DNA from: Magallana gigas
Lineage: Eukaryota
Assembly: GCF_963853765.1 (NCBI RefSeq)
Contig: NC_088859.1
Span: 9,858,001-9,922,000 of the forward strand
DNA length: 64,000 nucleotides
Direction: 5' to 3'
The notes beneath the pieces were generated by a model that saw nothing but the letters and a program-made list of their open reading frames with translations, made no database searches and was not told the DNA's origin. Position 1 is the stretch's first letter; each line of letters starts with the position of its first letter. Positions 11,340 to 23,128 of the stretch are shown here, in pieces. A program made the translations under genes and the position numbers.

Positions 11340-11760
11340 TTGGAATTTCAATGTGAAAATACAAACTCACATTTTTTTCCATTTGTCATTTGAAACCCAC
11401 TCCCCAATTTTACGCTTCAAACCTGTTAAGTCTTGGCTTAAATAAATCAATTAAATTGAACACCGATTGTGACTAGCTTGCTTGGATATTAATGACACAT
11501 TTTACACTCCATCCCTTTCAGAAAGAATTATATAATTTTCTACTCATTATCTATCATAAAAAAATTTAATCTCAATCCAGGTTGCATTTCATGTTATCCC
11601 CAGTGGTATGATTTGAAACATGCTTACTCCTATGTGCATACATATCAATGTTAACTAATTATGAATCAACAGAAAAAAAAAGTTAAAAACAAAAAGATGT
11701 TAAAAATTTTCAACAACTGACTTTTGTCTTAATCGGGAAAAAACGGAAAAGTCTGTAGAC
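11340..11760 (+). repeat. Segmental duplicate of 17305-17720 (upstream flank of the lectin unit, downstream flank of the Kelch gene)
   Basis: Collinear blocks GGAATTTCAATGTGAAAAT, CCAATTTTACGCT, ACCGATTGTGACT(A/T)GCTTGCTTGGATATTAA, TGTTAACTAATTAT(G/C)AATCAACAGAAA. Confidence 0.85.
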
Positions 11761-11774
11761 AATTAGATGATTAA

Positions 11775-12170
11775 TTATGGTCTAACAATTATAGTATGAA
11801 AAACGCCAGACAGCATGCGACCCAGTGGAAGATTGTATTTGATGACAAGGTCGTTGGGTCGACCATAGAACTTACTAAAAGATGAATTCAAACGAGACTG
11901 ATGATAGTTCTGTTTAATCAACTTGTTTGTCAGTAGCTTGCCTCGCCTAAAAAACTGTTCATACGAAGAGCATGCCCTTGTGTATCGAATTAAATGAGAG
12001 ACAAAAACACCATATGCAGGTGATGAAGGTATATTACTACACAAGTAAGGAATGCTGACTATAGAAAAATTGAAGTCATCGCGTTTATCATCAAGTTTTG
12101 TTGTAAGGTTACCATCAATGTCCATTTCCAGTAAAATATCTGAATATGAAAAATATGAAACATCTAAGTA
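11775..12170 (-). mobile_element. Penelope-like (Naiad-type) reverse transcriptase C-terminal fragment
   Basis: Translation KLDDKRDDFNFSIVSIPYLCSNIPSSPAYGVFVSHLIRYTRACSSY matches the characteristic thumb region of PLE RTs that end the ORF. The fragment is truncated on both sides. Confidence 0.8.
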
Positions 12171-12351
12171 TTTCAGGTCCATAAGTTAGTCCAGATGCAT
12201 CATCCATGAAAGTTTGGTAGAGATAAGACAAGTAATAACTTAGATACAGGACCTGCAACAAAAACCTTAACCAGCTCCGGACGCCGATGACGACACCAAC
12301 GCCGAGGGTATAGCATAAGCTCCCCCTGACCTTGTCTCGGTGAGCTAAAAA
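12170..12351 (-). mobile_element. Helentron/HINE 5' fragment
   Basis: Reverse complement begins TTTTTAGCTCACCGAGACAAGGTCAGGGGGAGCT (terminal hairpin), followed by a GTCGTC/GGCGTC simple repeat. Confidence 0.65.
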
Positions 12352-13060
12352 TGAACGCAAAGTTAATGAAAAAGTCAAGGAGTTCAGTGTATCGGGCAGG
12401 AGAAACAAACATGTACAGTCTCGCACTCAGCGTAACCAATTTTTATTACTAACGTACTGGTGTACATTATCAGTAATTTAGATTATTTAGCTTACTTTTA
12501 CAATCAATATATTAATCTGTTAAAAGAAAGATGTAAACATTACATGATTTCTTTGATTATTCGTGCGGATTATGAAGGTAGAGATCATTGCAGAAAAAAT
12601 CATATAACCAGCTAACACAGGTTAAGAATTTCTCTGCAATGTCGCCACCTTCATATCCCGCATGAATCACCAAGAAACATTTCATTGTTAAATAGCCTAC
12701 CAAACAACAGGATCATCATCGATCACTCCGCAATAGTGTCGTTGGTTTTTCTTGAGATATTGCAACAAGAAGACATAAAATTACATATGAAAACGTTTTG
12801 TGTAAGGTTATTCGAGTTTTTGAACCACATTTTGTCATGCAATATGTACAAATTTATTTTGACAATACATAACACCATAGTGTTTAACCCAATATTCCGT
12901 CAATTTCCCTGTAAAAGAAAAACACAATTAAAAACTAAAGTATATGTATACAAGGTATGCATATTTCAACAAATTGAAATTTTTAGGGGACAATTTGATT
13001 AAAAAAAACATTTAAATAAGATTCGACTTTTCTTATTTAACATGCAATTCATCAAAGAAC

Positions 13061-14966
13061 CTACTCAACCTCAGCCTCACAAATAAATCTATAATTTTTC
13101 CCACAGTCAACATCAATCCATTTTCCATGTTCCCGTCTTGCTAATATTACACAGTTCTCCCCTGTGTGTCCGTTCGGTTCTCCTTGATTCCATCCATTCA
13201 CTTGTATGATGTTCTGATTGGAGGAGTAAATCCATCTATCTTCCTCTATCATGTCGGATATACCAATCCAGTAGTCTGAAGCTATAGTATAAATAAAAGT
13301 CAAATTCGAGATTTTTGAACAGCTGGCTTAAACTTTGTGACTCTACACAAGTCTTTGTCAAACACCCTTTGTCATTCAAATTTTAAAAGATCATAATATA
13401 CTATTATATGTGCTAACATTGGATTTGACTGTGACTTATCAGAAAGTTAGACTCTGCGTCGGTCATTGGTTCTGCCAGTTTTGAGTGAAATACGGAACAA
13501 ATTCCCTGCAACACAATATCCCAATTATTAACGACATGTGCAAACTTTAACAATTCAGAATGTGCTTCTTTGATTACAGAAGTAACAACTTTTTTAAACA
13601 ATGGACAAGTATTTTAACCAAATATATCTATATACAGCAAAACATGCTTATAGCGAACATGCTTATAATGAATTGACGCTTATAGTGAAGTGAAAATCAT
13701 TCTTCGTGGGTTTTCAGTATAGTTAACTGGTAAAATTGGTTACGTTTACAATGAGGCAAAATCATCGGGCCATGACACTTCATTACAAGCGTGTTTTTTT
13801 ACTGTACTGTATGGTCTACTTATGATGATATATAAGGATAAAAACTATTCTTCATTCTGTAACATATTCATTGTGCACAAGCACAAAATTAATGCTTATG
13901 GTGTGTACATTTACAAAATGAGATCATTTTTGGGAGTTGATTTTTAAAATCAACTCTCATATGCAGTTACTCTGGCAAACCAAAAGTGATTTTTTACAAC
14001 AGTGTTTGGACCTAAGCACAAATCATCACCTCTGACAATATTTACATGTAGTTCTTGAAAATAATCGACAAATTCGATGTAATGTATCTTGAAGCATTGG
14101 TTTTTAAGAAACTTATTTATGAATACCTTGAAAATAGTCAGATGTTAAATAGTATGAACAATTTAGATATTTTTTTTTCAGTCGAATGTATTCATACGCC
14201 AGAGTTCAATAAAGTCTCGTTCAACCATCGGCTGTCTCCGTAAATCTCCGACAAGAGGTCGCGTGACCAAGCTATCACGTGACCAGGTGTACACATTTCT
14301 TGTTTGTTGGAAATTAACGGAGACAGCGGAGCATCTGGTTGAACGAGACTAGAGTTCATTATTGCTTAGATCCATACAATTTTCTAATATTTCGATTACT
14401 TATACATAGTTTGATGGAATCAATTCTATTTTTAATCATTACACAACATGATTCATATGGGGTTTTTCTAAAAATTCTTGTCGAAAAAGTCCGAGAATTC
14501 ATATCATAAAAATGTGCGTAATTCAAAGACAGATTATATAAACTACTTGCCATGCAAAGAAACATATCGATGATTTTAAAATGAATGATAATCGATAAAA
14601 TCATATCCCGTCAGTACTTCAGTACTTTGGGTTTCTATTGAAAACGTTATGGCGCTAGCAATACTTGCGTTTTTTGCGGATTCACTTACCTCTGCTTCTC
14701 CCCAAGGTCTTGAGTCATGGCTGAACCAGTAACATTTGTTCTGAAACTGAATCCATCCCACGTGACATCCAGCACCTTAAAATAAAATAGAACAATTCTC
14801 TAGAAAGTGAAAGTTACTTTACATCGTACGTTTATAAGCGTTTGCAAATTGTTTATGAAAATTTCTATTATGTACATGTCAATGAAGAAGACATATTGTA
14901 CTTACTATAAACCTGAATTGTCATACAGACCAAAACAACAACTACAAACGCAAACTTATTCGTCAT
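13061..14966 (-). CDS. Secreted single-CRD C-type lectin (perlucin-like), copy C; exons 14966-14906, 14775-14690, 13505-13418, 13281-13061; 151 aa
   Basis: Same exon sizes as copy A (61, 86, 88, 221), open frame, EPN and WID motifs. The exon 3 donor is GTTAGC (canonical GT, weaker context). Confidence 0.92.
13635..13804. mobile_element. Tc1/mariner-type MITE in intron 2 of lectin C
   Basis: TA-CAGCAAAACATGCTT ... AAGCGTGTTTTTTTACTG-TA; orthologous to 4176-4349. Confidence 0.75.
13930..14629 (+). mobile_element. Helentron/HINE element (family with three copies in this window)
   Basis: T-run, 5' subTIR GGGAGTTGATTTT with adjacent inverted AAAATCAACTCTC, degenerate 3' subTIR and 3' stem-loop CAGTACTTCAGTACTTTG. 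Absent from the orthologous intron of copy A. Confidence 0.85.
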
Positions 14967-15189
14967 TATGTACATGTAGTGTCCAAATTATAAAGGAAGT
15001 CTTGATAAGAACAGAATAGGAGAGACTGTTTGACCCTCGATAAGAAGCACTTGAGGATATAGGGATAAATGCATAATTATGCGGAATTTAAAAAAATGGA
15101 GTAAAACGTTTTCTTAAATTATTCTATATTTTCAAATACCTCCAGGTTTAAACGATTTATAATTTTTAAAGGTTTGTAGATTAAAGAAC

Positions 15190-15625
15190 AATGGTAATTC
15201 CATCAATACCCTCTGCCTTGCAGAAATATAAAAACATTCCTTTTATATCTATGGGGGGGGGGGGGATCCATGAGGCTAAGTCCCCGGAAACTCATGGATT
15301 ATAGAGATTTTGTAGGGAACAAATAAGGTCTTCAAATTTTGATATATTTCTTCTCGTGATTATACTTGCAAGTAATGAAATTATTAAATGTTTGTAGATT
15401 TGTGACCTGCAGTAATCCCATCAAACCCCTCTGTCTTGTAGAAATGTTAGAAACATTTCATTTAAATTTTTATGGAGGCCCAGGGGGAAGCCCCTGGAAA
15501 ATCATGGATTCTAGAGATTTTGTAGGGTAAAAACGAAGTCTCCAAATTTAGACTTTTGTACTTCTTGTGAATTAACTTAAATCATATAAAATTATTTTCA
15601 AATGCTTGTTGATTTCACCCCTGCA
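15190..15625 (+). repeat. About 220-bp tandem duplication; a partial third copy at about 16415-16480
   Basis: Repeated GTAAT(T/C)CCATCAA..CCCTCTG(C/T)CTTG(C/T)AGAAAT ... CATGGATT(A/C)TAGAGATTTTGTAGGG. CAGGGGTGGATTT-like ends suggest a MITE origin. Confidence 0.65.
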
Positions 15626-17839
15626 AATGTGTTCGGAACGTTTTCTTTATCGTTGCTAAGTATGTAATAAATCCAGAGGTGCTCGAATGAAAGTTCACGA
15701 GACTTCACTGAGATTTGTTCAGTTCCTGTGAAACTTCGAGCGGATAATATTCTCAAAATACTGGTCGTTTTTCACATCATATCCTACTTGGATTTATGTT
15801 AAAACATGAAAACCTTTTAAGATGTATGTCTTATTTCACCATCTAGCAGTTATTTACATTAAACGATAATATTCAAAACAGAGTTATCGTTCGTGTTCAA
15901 CCACGTGTAGAGTGGTTAAAAATATAAACATTGGGTTGCTTAGTAAAATCATAACCATGTTTGATGCTGGTGGTGTGCAATACCATGTTTTTAGAAAAAA
16001 TAATGGGTGTCTGTTTTGCATAAAAACTTAGTATATCGAGCCATTTTCATTTTCAAGGAACATTCTGCATAAAATAGTATAGTCTGTTTCACTATTGATG
16101 CTATTACTAGGTCAGGAGCGGATTGAAAATGAATCCTCGGGGGGGGGGGGGTCTCTACAAGCATGTTAATTTTTGCAACAGCAGACAAAAACTATTTTTT
16201 GCATTATCGCATTTATTTCTATAACACATTTTATCCCCCAATTAATGAAGATAAAGTTTAAAATCAATAAACCTCTAGATTTTATATTTGACTACAAGTA
16301 CCTATAGATTCTATGAAATAGACTATAAAAACGAGGCATTATTTTTACTGCGACACTGAAAGGGTCAAATAAAATCACGTGGTCTAAAATTTAAATGACA
16401 ATTAAACATTCGCAGGGGTGGATTTGAGACATGCAGTAATTCCATCAAAATCCTCTGCCTTGCAGAAATGCTAGAAAGTTTCTTAACTCTTCAGTTGAAT
16501 CAGTCTTAAAAAATCAAGTTCAATGGGGCGACATAAATGAAATAAAAAAAGATAACAATAATTATCATGGAAGAGTCGTTAAAAACACTAGCTTGTAAAA
16601 GCAATTACTTAAAGGTGGGCGACTGGTCACATTTGATAGAGCGTAACTAAAATCGGATTTCCATGTAAATGTGTCTGCTACACCATTGGACCCACAGGTT
16701 TTGTTCATACTACACCGTTGAAATCTTTCTAATGTAGTGAAGTCTCTTAAATTTCTAAAGAGTTAATAATTGAGACTCACAATTGTGCATTTTCGTTGCC
16801 AAAAGGAGTATGATTTAACTTTATTTTGACAAATTCTTGAATCTGCCACTGTGGCAGCTACAGGAATGAATATAGAAACTTTTGTAAATATCAAATTAAA
16901 GATTATATAATAGGCTATTTTTCTTATATTGTACAATTTTGATAGCACACGCCGTTTAAGTTTTATATGTGTATATATGTCTAAACAAAAAATTGCATCA
17001 AAAAATGGCTCATAATTTTTTATGTGACAATGTCACAGGTGCGTGTGGACAGGACCGTAACAACCCCCCCCCCCCCACACACATCCTTTCCATTTTTTTT
17101 TTCTATATTTTTTCATTTAATTTATATATAGGGGAAACTAGTGTGAATATAAAATGCCACAGAGTCTTTAATTACAGTACTTTTCGTCAAATGCTTTTTA
17201 AAAATCAATAACAATTTATTTAAAATTGTGTTACTCATTTTATTATTAAATTCTAAATATATAATGATAAAAATGTCAATAGTTGGGCACTCCTATTTAC
17301 ATACGGAATTTCAATGTGAAAATGTGAACCCACATTTTGTCATTTCTCAGAATCAAACCCATGCACTCTCCAATTTTACGCTCCTTCAGACTTTTTGGTT
17401 TAAATAGTTTAATTAAATTGGATACCGATTGTGACTTGCTTGCTTGGATATTAAAGACACTTTTTACGTTCCATTCTTTATAGAAAGAACTGAATTAATT
17501 TTGTATACATCATCAATCATAAAAAAATTTAAATCTCAATCCTGACTGCATCTTATACTTTCCCCAGTGGTACTGAATATATGAACTTGAATTTGAAACT
17601 TACATGTATTTACACTGATGTGCATGTATAGCAATGTTAACTAATTATCAATCAACAGAAATTAAAGATTAAAAACAGAAAGATGGTAAAATTGTTCAAC
17701 AACAGAAATTTGTAGATAAAACATGCAAATTTGAGACCTGTTGAGGGTAGCTACAAGTGTAATACACATCTTTGATACTGAAAGATTTTTCAGGTAAGTA
17801 CCAATAAAACAAAAATATAAAAAGATTGTGCAATTTTGT

Positions 17840-20778
17840 TTATTTCACATCAATTAAACCAGGAAAAGATGGAACAGCTAGAATTTCATTTCTTACAAAA
17901 AAAGTGAAAAATTTACATAACTTGTCTTTCTCTAAATTAGCGTCAAGGTGATACACATTTTTCAATGCTTGTATCACTTCACAGTGTTCACTAAACTTCT
18001 CAGGATCTAATTTTGAGACATCATAACTTGGCTGTCTTTTCCTGCCATTGTCACTGACCACTGAGCATTCCTGCATTTCATTTGTTATTATGTTAATTTT
18101 AAAAACAGTATGTACATTGTCCATTCCTATGAAAATAAAGTCGCTGTCTGGGATCATCCATATTCTTTTAGCATCAAATGCCAGCTCTCCAAGTGTGGTG
18201 TTAAAAGAAAGGCAAGTCCACTGGTCTAGAGCAGTGTTGTATGACAAAGGAGATAAAATGGAGCCAGTCTTTACAACAAATACATAGTTGTGACAACGAC
18301 AAGCACAGATATTAACCATCTTCTCTGGCATTGGGGCCCTATCACTCCATTCACCTGAAAATACAGCAAAATTAATCAAGTATTTTTAACACAGATGTAG
18401 ATTAAGCAAAGTTTTGTGGGGTCTACAGATAAGTTCTTATTAAACAGCTCCTTTAAAATTAAACTGTTTGACAGTCATCAAAATTTTAACCTAGATAAGC
18501 TATGATAAGAGGATCACTTCTTTCAAAAACATCTAAGAAACTGCACATCTTAAAATCCTAACCAATTATTATACAATCCTCCCCTTCTTCCAGAAATTTC
18601 TGTAAAATTTTAATCACCTGTGTGATAATCATATTCCTCTACAGAGTCCAAGCGGTATCTGAATCTACCAAATCCACCCATAAGCAGTAATGAGGAATCA
18701 CCCGACACACACATGGCATGATGTCGTCTGGGATTCTGCAACTCTGCAACTGTGCTCCAAGATTTTTCAAAATTATTGTAGCACCAAATCTGCATCATCC
18801 AAGTGTTTTTCCCCAGTCTATCTTCTCCACCACTAACAAAGATTTTCTCACCTACAAGGAAACATCTATCCAGTTCATAGGCTTCATAAGGCCAAATGTT
18901 CATTATTGTTAAGGGTTAGAAAAACAGGACGTATAATGCTATATAAATACATGTAAAGCGAAGAAAAAATAAAAATGGTAAACACCATGATTTGGTTTCA
19001 CTCCATTGATTGTATTAATTGCAAATGCTATGACAATGAAGGTTTTAATGTATATTAATCATAAGCTGCATTGAATATCTCGTAGGAAATTGATATCTTA
19101 TATTCTCAGAATTACTTTTTTGATAAAATATTCATCATTTCTAACCTTGGGTGCAAACACTGTATCCCTTTTTCGCAAGCAAAGCATCATGGGAAATTAA
19201 GCATCCATCTGGCACTTTAGTAAAAGGTGTGATGTGACCAGTATCAACATCATAGGACACTATCTGTCTGGGTAGATCCTGGGAATCTGTTTCTCCAGAA
19301 ATATCATCATCCTCAATATGGACCCCAACTGATATCAGGTGATGAGGTATAAAGCGCTTCTTCTAAAATGAAATAGAATATCTGTGGTAGTCTTCATTCA
19401 TTAACATTTAAATAAAGATCAAAATTTATTCGACATGTTCAATGATATTCAGAATTTTATACAAAAAATTCAACAGCTACAAGTGCAACACCAATTATGT
19501 TAGATTATCTCTTGATTAAATTTCTTTATAGCATGTTATATATATATATTTCTGGTACAAGTGAAAAAATCAAAAATTGATCCACAAAACACAGTTAATG
19601 TTGAATGATTATTTATTAAGAATTTTAATTTTTACCTTACTACAGTTTCGACTTTTTTCACCACCGAGATCTGATAAAAGGTCTGTGCAATTCTTGGAAA
19701 CATCTGGGCTCTCCATTATCATTTCAATGTCTTTTTCATTACAAAACTCCAATACATCCATGAGAAGCTCTGGAAGTGAGCCAGTTCTTTCCATGTCATG
19801 ATTGATCCAGCACATCAATGCTTTCAAGGTTTCTAGCTCACTCCTTACATTAAGCTGAGGATCACTTATTATTCTCCTCAACTGACTGGTCTCCATTTCA
19901 ACAAACTCTCCTTGATGGAGTAATTTCATAAAGTTCCAGAGTACATAATGTCTGGCTTTACTATAAGCTTCCTTAAGGTAAAAAGTATCCGCAAAAAACA
20001 ATGTAGAAAAGCAGTTCTCATCATGAATGAAATCCTGTGTTAAACAAATACATGTAAAATGGTCAGTATCAATAAAACAGAGAATCTTTTTAACAAATAA
20101 TTTATAAAAATCCATTTTTATTATTAGTTTTTAAGATTTTTCTCACCCGTAAAAAGATACTGCACTTCCCAATAAGATTTGATACCTGCAAAATGAGGTT
20201 TAATTTAATTCATATAATAAGCACAAATTTAGCCAAAATACACAGAAAACACCATCATTTTAATCACATTTATAAATACTTTTCAACAAATAAATCTTAC
20301 GCTCTCCCCTATTAAATCTCATAACAAAAAAGCACTGCAGATAGATTACAAAAATTATTATGCCAATAAGATCTTTTCCATTTTTTTAAAAATAAAATCC
20401 TCAAAAGGAATACTTTGTTTTGCATGCATATCCATGATATCATACCTGATATTTAGAAGCAAGTTCTGCCACCTGGTGGACATTATCAACAGATAACTCC
20501 AACCTTCCTGTCTCACAAAATCTGATTACAGCTGCCATGGTTTCAATGTCTGCTTCTTCAATCTGAACACAGTCAGAATTGGCTTCCTTCATTTCACTTT
20601 CAAACATGCCTCGAAAAAACTCACTGCTCCCCATCATCTGCTTCTTGTTGCAGCAGAAGTCTCTTCCGCTGACCCTTACCACTAGGTCAGATGTCATCTC
20701 CTTCCCCAAAGAACGGTTCTCATGAACTTCCCCACTTTCACATGATGTTTTGTTTTGGTTTTTCACACAGCTATCCAT
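17840..20778 (-). CDS. BTB-BACK-Kelch (KLHL-like) protein; exons 20778-20446, 20185-20147, 20034-19636, 19362-19146, 18851-18618, 18354-17840; 578 aa
   Basis: BTB (SDLVVRVSGRDFCCNKKQMMGSSEFFRGMFESEMKE), BACK (NCFSTLFFADTF...LNVRSELETLKALMCWINHD) and kelch repeats (IFVSGG...W, LLLMGG...VEEYD...W). All junctions are GT-AG and phase-consistent (1737 nt). Confidence 0.9.
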
Positions 20779-20911
20779 TTTATGTCCTCTTCATATTATG
20801 AAACTACAATATAACAGCTGTATAACATACATGTACCATCAAAGCCAGCTATGATCCGTGTACATTTTATCTTCAACTCATTATAATAATTTTTCAGGAC
20901 AAGCTTTGTGT

Positions 20912-20995
20912 TATTCTCTTTTGAGAAGTGGACAGACATAGCCTACATCCACATGAAGATGTAGGCTATGCCTGTCCACTTCTCATAAGAGAATA
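20912..20995. repeat. 84-nt hairpin, 38-bp arms with 2 mismatches and an 8-nt loop
   Basis: TATTCTCTTTTGAGAAGTGGACAGACATAGCCTACATC-CACATGAA-GATGTAGGCTATGCCTGTCCACTTCTCATAAGAGAATA. Confidence 0.9.
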
Positions 20996-22627
20996 GCTTT
21001 GAGTATAGCATGTAAGGTTGGCTCAGAAGATTATTTCTAAATTAAAAGTCATAGACATACCTTTGGTAAACCTATAAATGAATTAAATAAATCTTTGCAC
21101 GCCTGCCTTGGACAACTGGAAACGGTACCCACTGGAAATACCATTCTGCGACATACGATAGAAAACCCAACACTGAGTATTTGCAACCCGGAAAACTTAT
21201 TGGTGGTGGTTAAGGCAAAATCGAAATAAAATTAAAAAAAAAAGAAAAGAAAAATACTGTAAAGGACTTTTTCCTGCTATGTGCTTTATCAAATAAGGTG
21301 ATTTACCAACATACATCCGCTTATCAAACCTGTTGTTGTTTTTTTTCAAGGGGGGGGGGGGTCTAGCAAGTAGCAATAGATGAGTTTGAATTTACATGGG
21401 GTGTCCGGACCCATCTGGAGATCAGGCATGCAGCCCTCACCCCCTCCCTTCAGCTGACAAATTACAGATAGCAGGCACATAATTGCTTCTGAAATATGAA
21501 ATAAAATTCTAAATGTACAATGAATAATTATGATTTAATTTATAACGCTGAATTTTTGGAGCTATAATTTTTTCAAAACAATGCGAACCCATGTTAATGC
21601 AACATATACATGCATGATTGTATTTATATAACATGTAACAGTTACATACGGTTTAAACAATAGAAATACAGCTAGCCTCCCACCTTCCCCCGCCCAAGCC
21701 CTCGTTCTCCACACCATGCACCGTACACAAAACTTTTTTTCAATATTCCCATTCAATATTTCAGAGCTTTTACGATACCGGTATTTTGAAAAAAATAATA
21801 CACGTTTTCTGTATCATTTTAAATAATTATTACACAGTTTAACTAATTATGATAAATGTACAAATAGGCAGATAATTGATATGATACCTTTTTAGTATAT
21901 ACATACATGTACGTACTTGCATGTATATATATCAAGGCTAACGTTATATAGCCATATATGAATTTCAAAGTTCAGGCACGTAGCATCCCCCCTCCCCCCA
22001 CTTTTTACCGCAGCAACTAATTTTCTTTCAGAAAAGGTGTTTTACCAGCAGTCCTTACTTCTAGCAATCAAAGTCAAGTAGGTACATGTAAATTAAATGA
22101 CTGAATCGATCCTAACTGATCATTTGCCCATGTTGGTACAATATATGCCATGTATTATAGCTTCGCACGATGACCCATATATAACTAATATTTTGCTTCT
22201 GACGGACATGTCACCTGTATGACATGCAAAATTAACAAATATATATGAACTAGACACATACATGTAGTTTCAGGTTTATAGACGAACCGTAAACTATACA
22301 CGTATATACGTATATAGTTCATAATTCGTTAAATAGTTTCATCTCTCAAACTATATTTAACGGTTGTAAACTATAGTTTACGAAATCAATGCAAATCTAA
22401 GTTTTCCTGTCTGTAAATAAACGTTAACAATATATATTTTGCGGATGAATATAGATCCTCATCTGTAACTATAATTTACACACATATTCGTTGGCTATGA
22501 TTAAGAGTTGTTGATTATAGTTCCAGATAAACTTTGTTTTGAAAACGCAAATGGTTGTTTTCAGTGTTAATATTAATTATTGTTTTACATTTCTGAAACA
22601 TAGACGATCGCGTTAACTATCATGTAT

Positions 22628-23128
22628 GGTTAACATTATATAAATAGTGCCTGTTTGGGAGGGTAACAGTTGAAACTGACACCCCGAGAAAAACATTGTC
22701 AAGCGACGCAAAGCGGAGGTTGACAATATAGTTTCCTCGGGGTGTTAATTTCAACTGATACCCTCCCAAGCATGCACTGTTTGGGAGGGTAACAGTTGAA
22801 ATTGACACCCCGAGAAAACCATTGTCAACCGACGCGAAGGGGAGGTTGACAATTGTTTTCAAGGGGTGTCAAATTCAACTGTTACCCTCCTGAACAGGCG
22901 CTATTTATTTTATTATACTGAATGTCTTAATTTTAGAGAAACATTTACTGCTTTTATATAGAATTGACGTGGATTCTACGACGAACCGTATGCGCATTAT
23001 TTACGTGCATGTAACAATTCGTTGTGTTACCCGAGCCAAGTGTGTTGCTAGCTATCGCTGAGGGTAATAGAACGGATCAACTGCGTCTAAACCAATCAGA
23101 TTTCGGTATTTAACATGAAAGTATGGAA
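22628..23128. mobile_element. Repeat element containing two tandem hairpins of about 120 bp, inserted in another repeat; possibly non-autonomous Crypton-type
   Basis: Units 22652-22772 and 22778-22896 each read TGTTTGGGAGGGTAACAGTTGAAA(C/T)TGACACCCC...GGGGTGT(T/C)AA(T/A)TTCAACTG(A/T)TACCCTCC. The superfamily assignment is tentative. Confidence 0.6.

Noticed and set aside
11700-11790. SECIS element downstream of the Naiad-type RT
   Set aside because: The fragment is truncated at the ORF end and runs into the duplicated host flank; no SECIS-like stem with AUGA/GA quartet was seen.
16113-16851. Intact CAGG..CTG MITE
   Set aside because: The ends look like MITE termini, but no target-site duplication was found and the interior is a mosaic, so boundaries cannot be supported.
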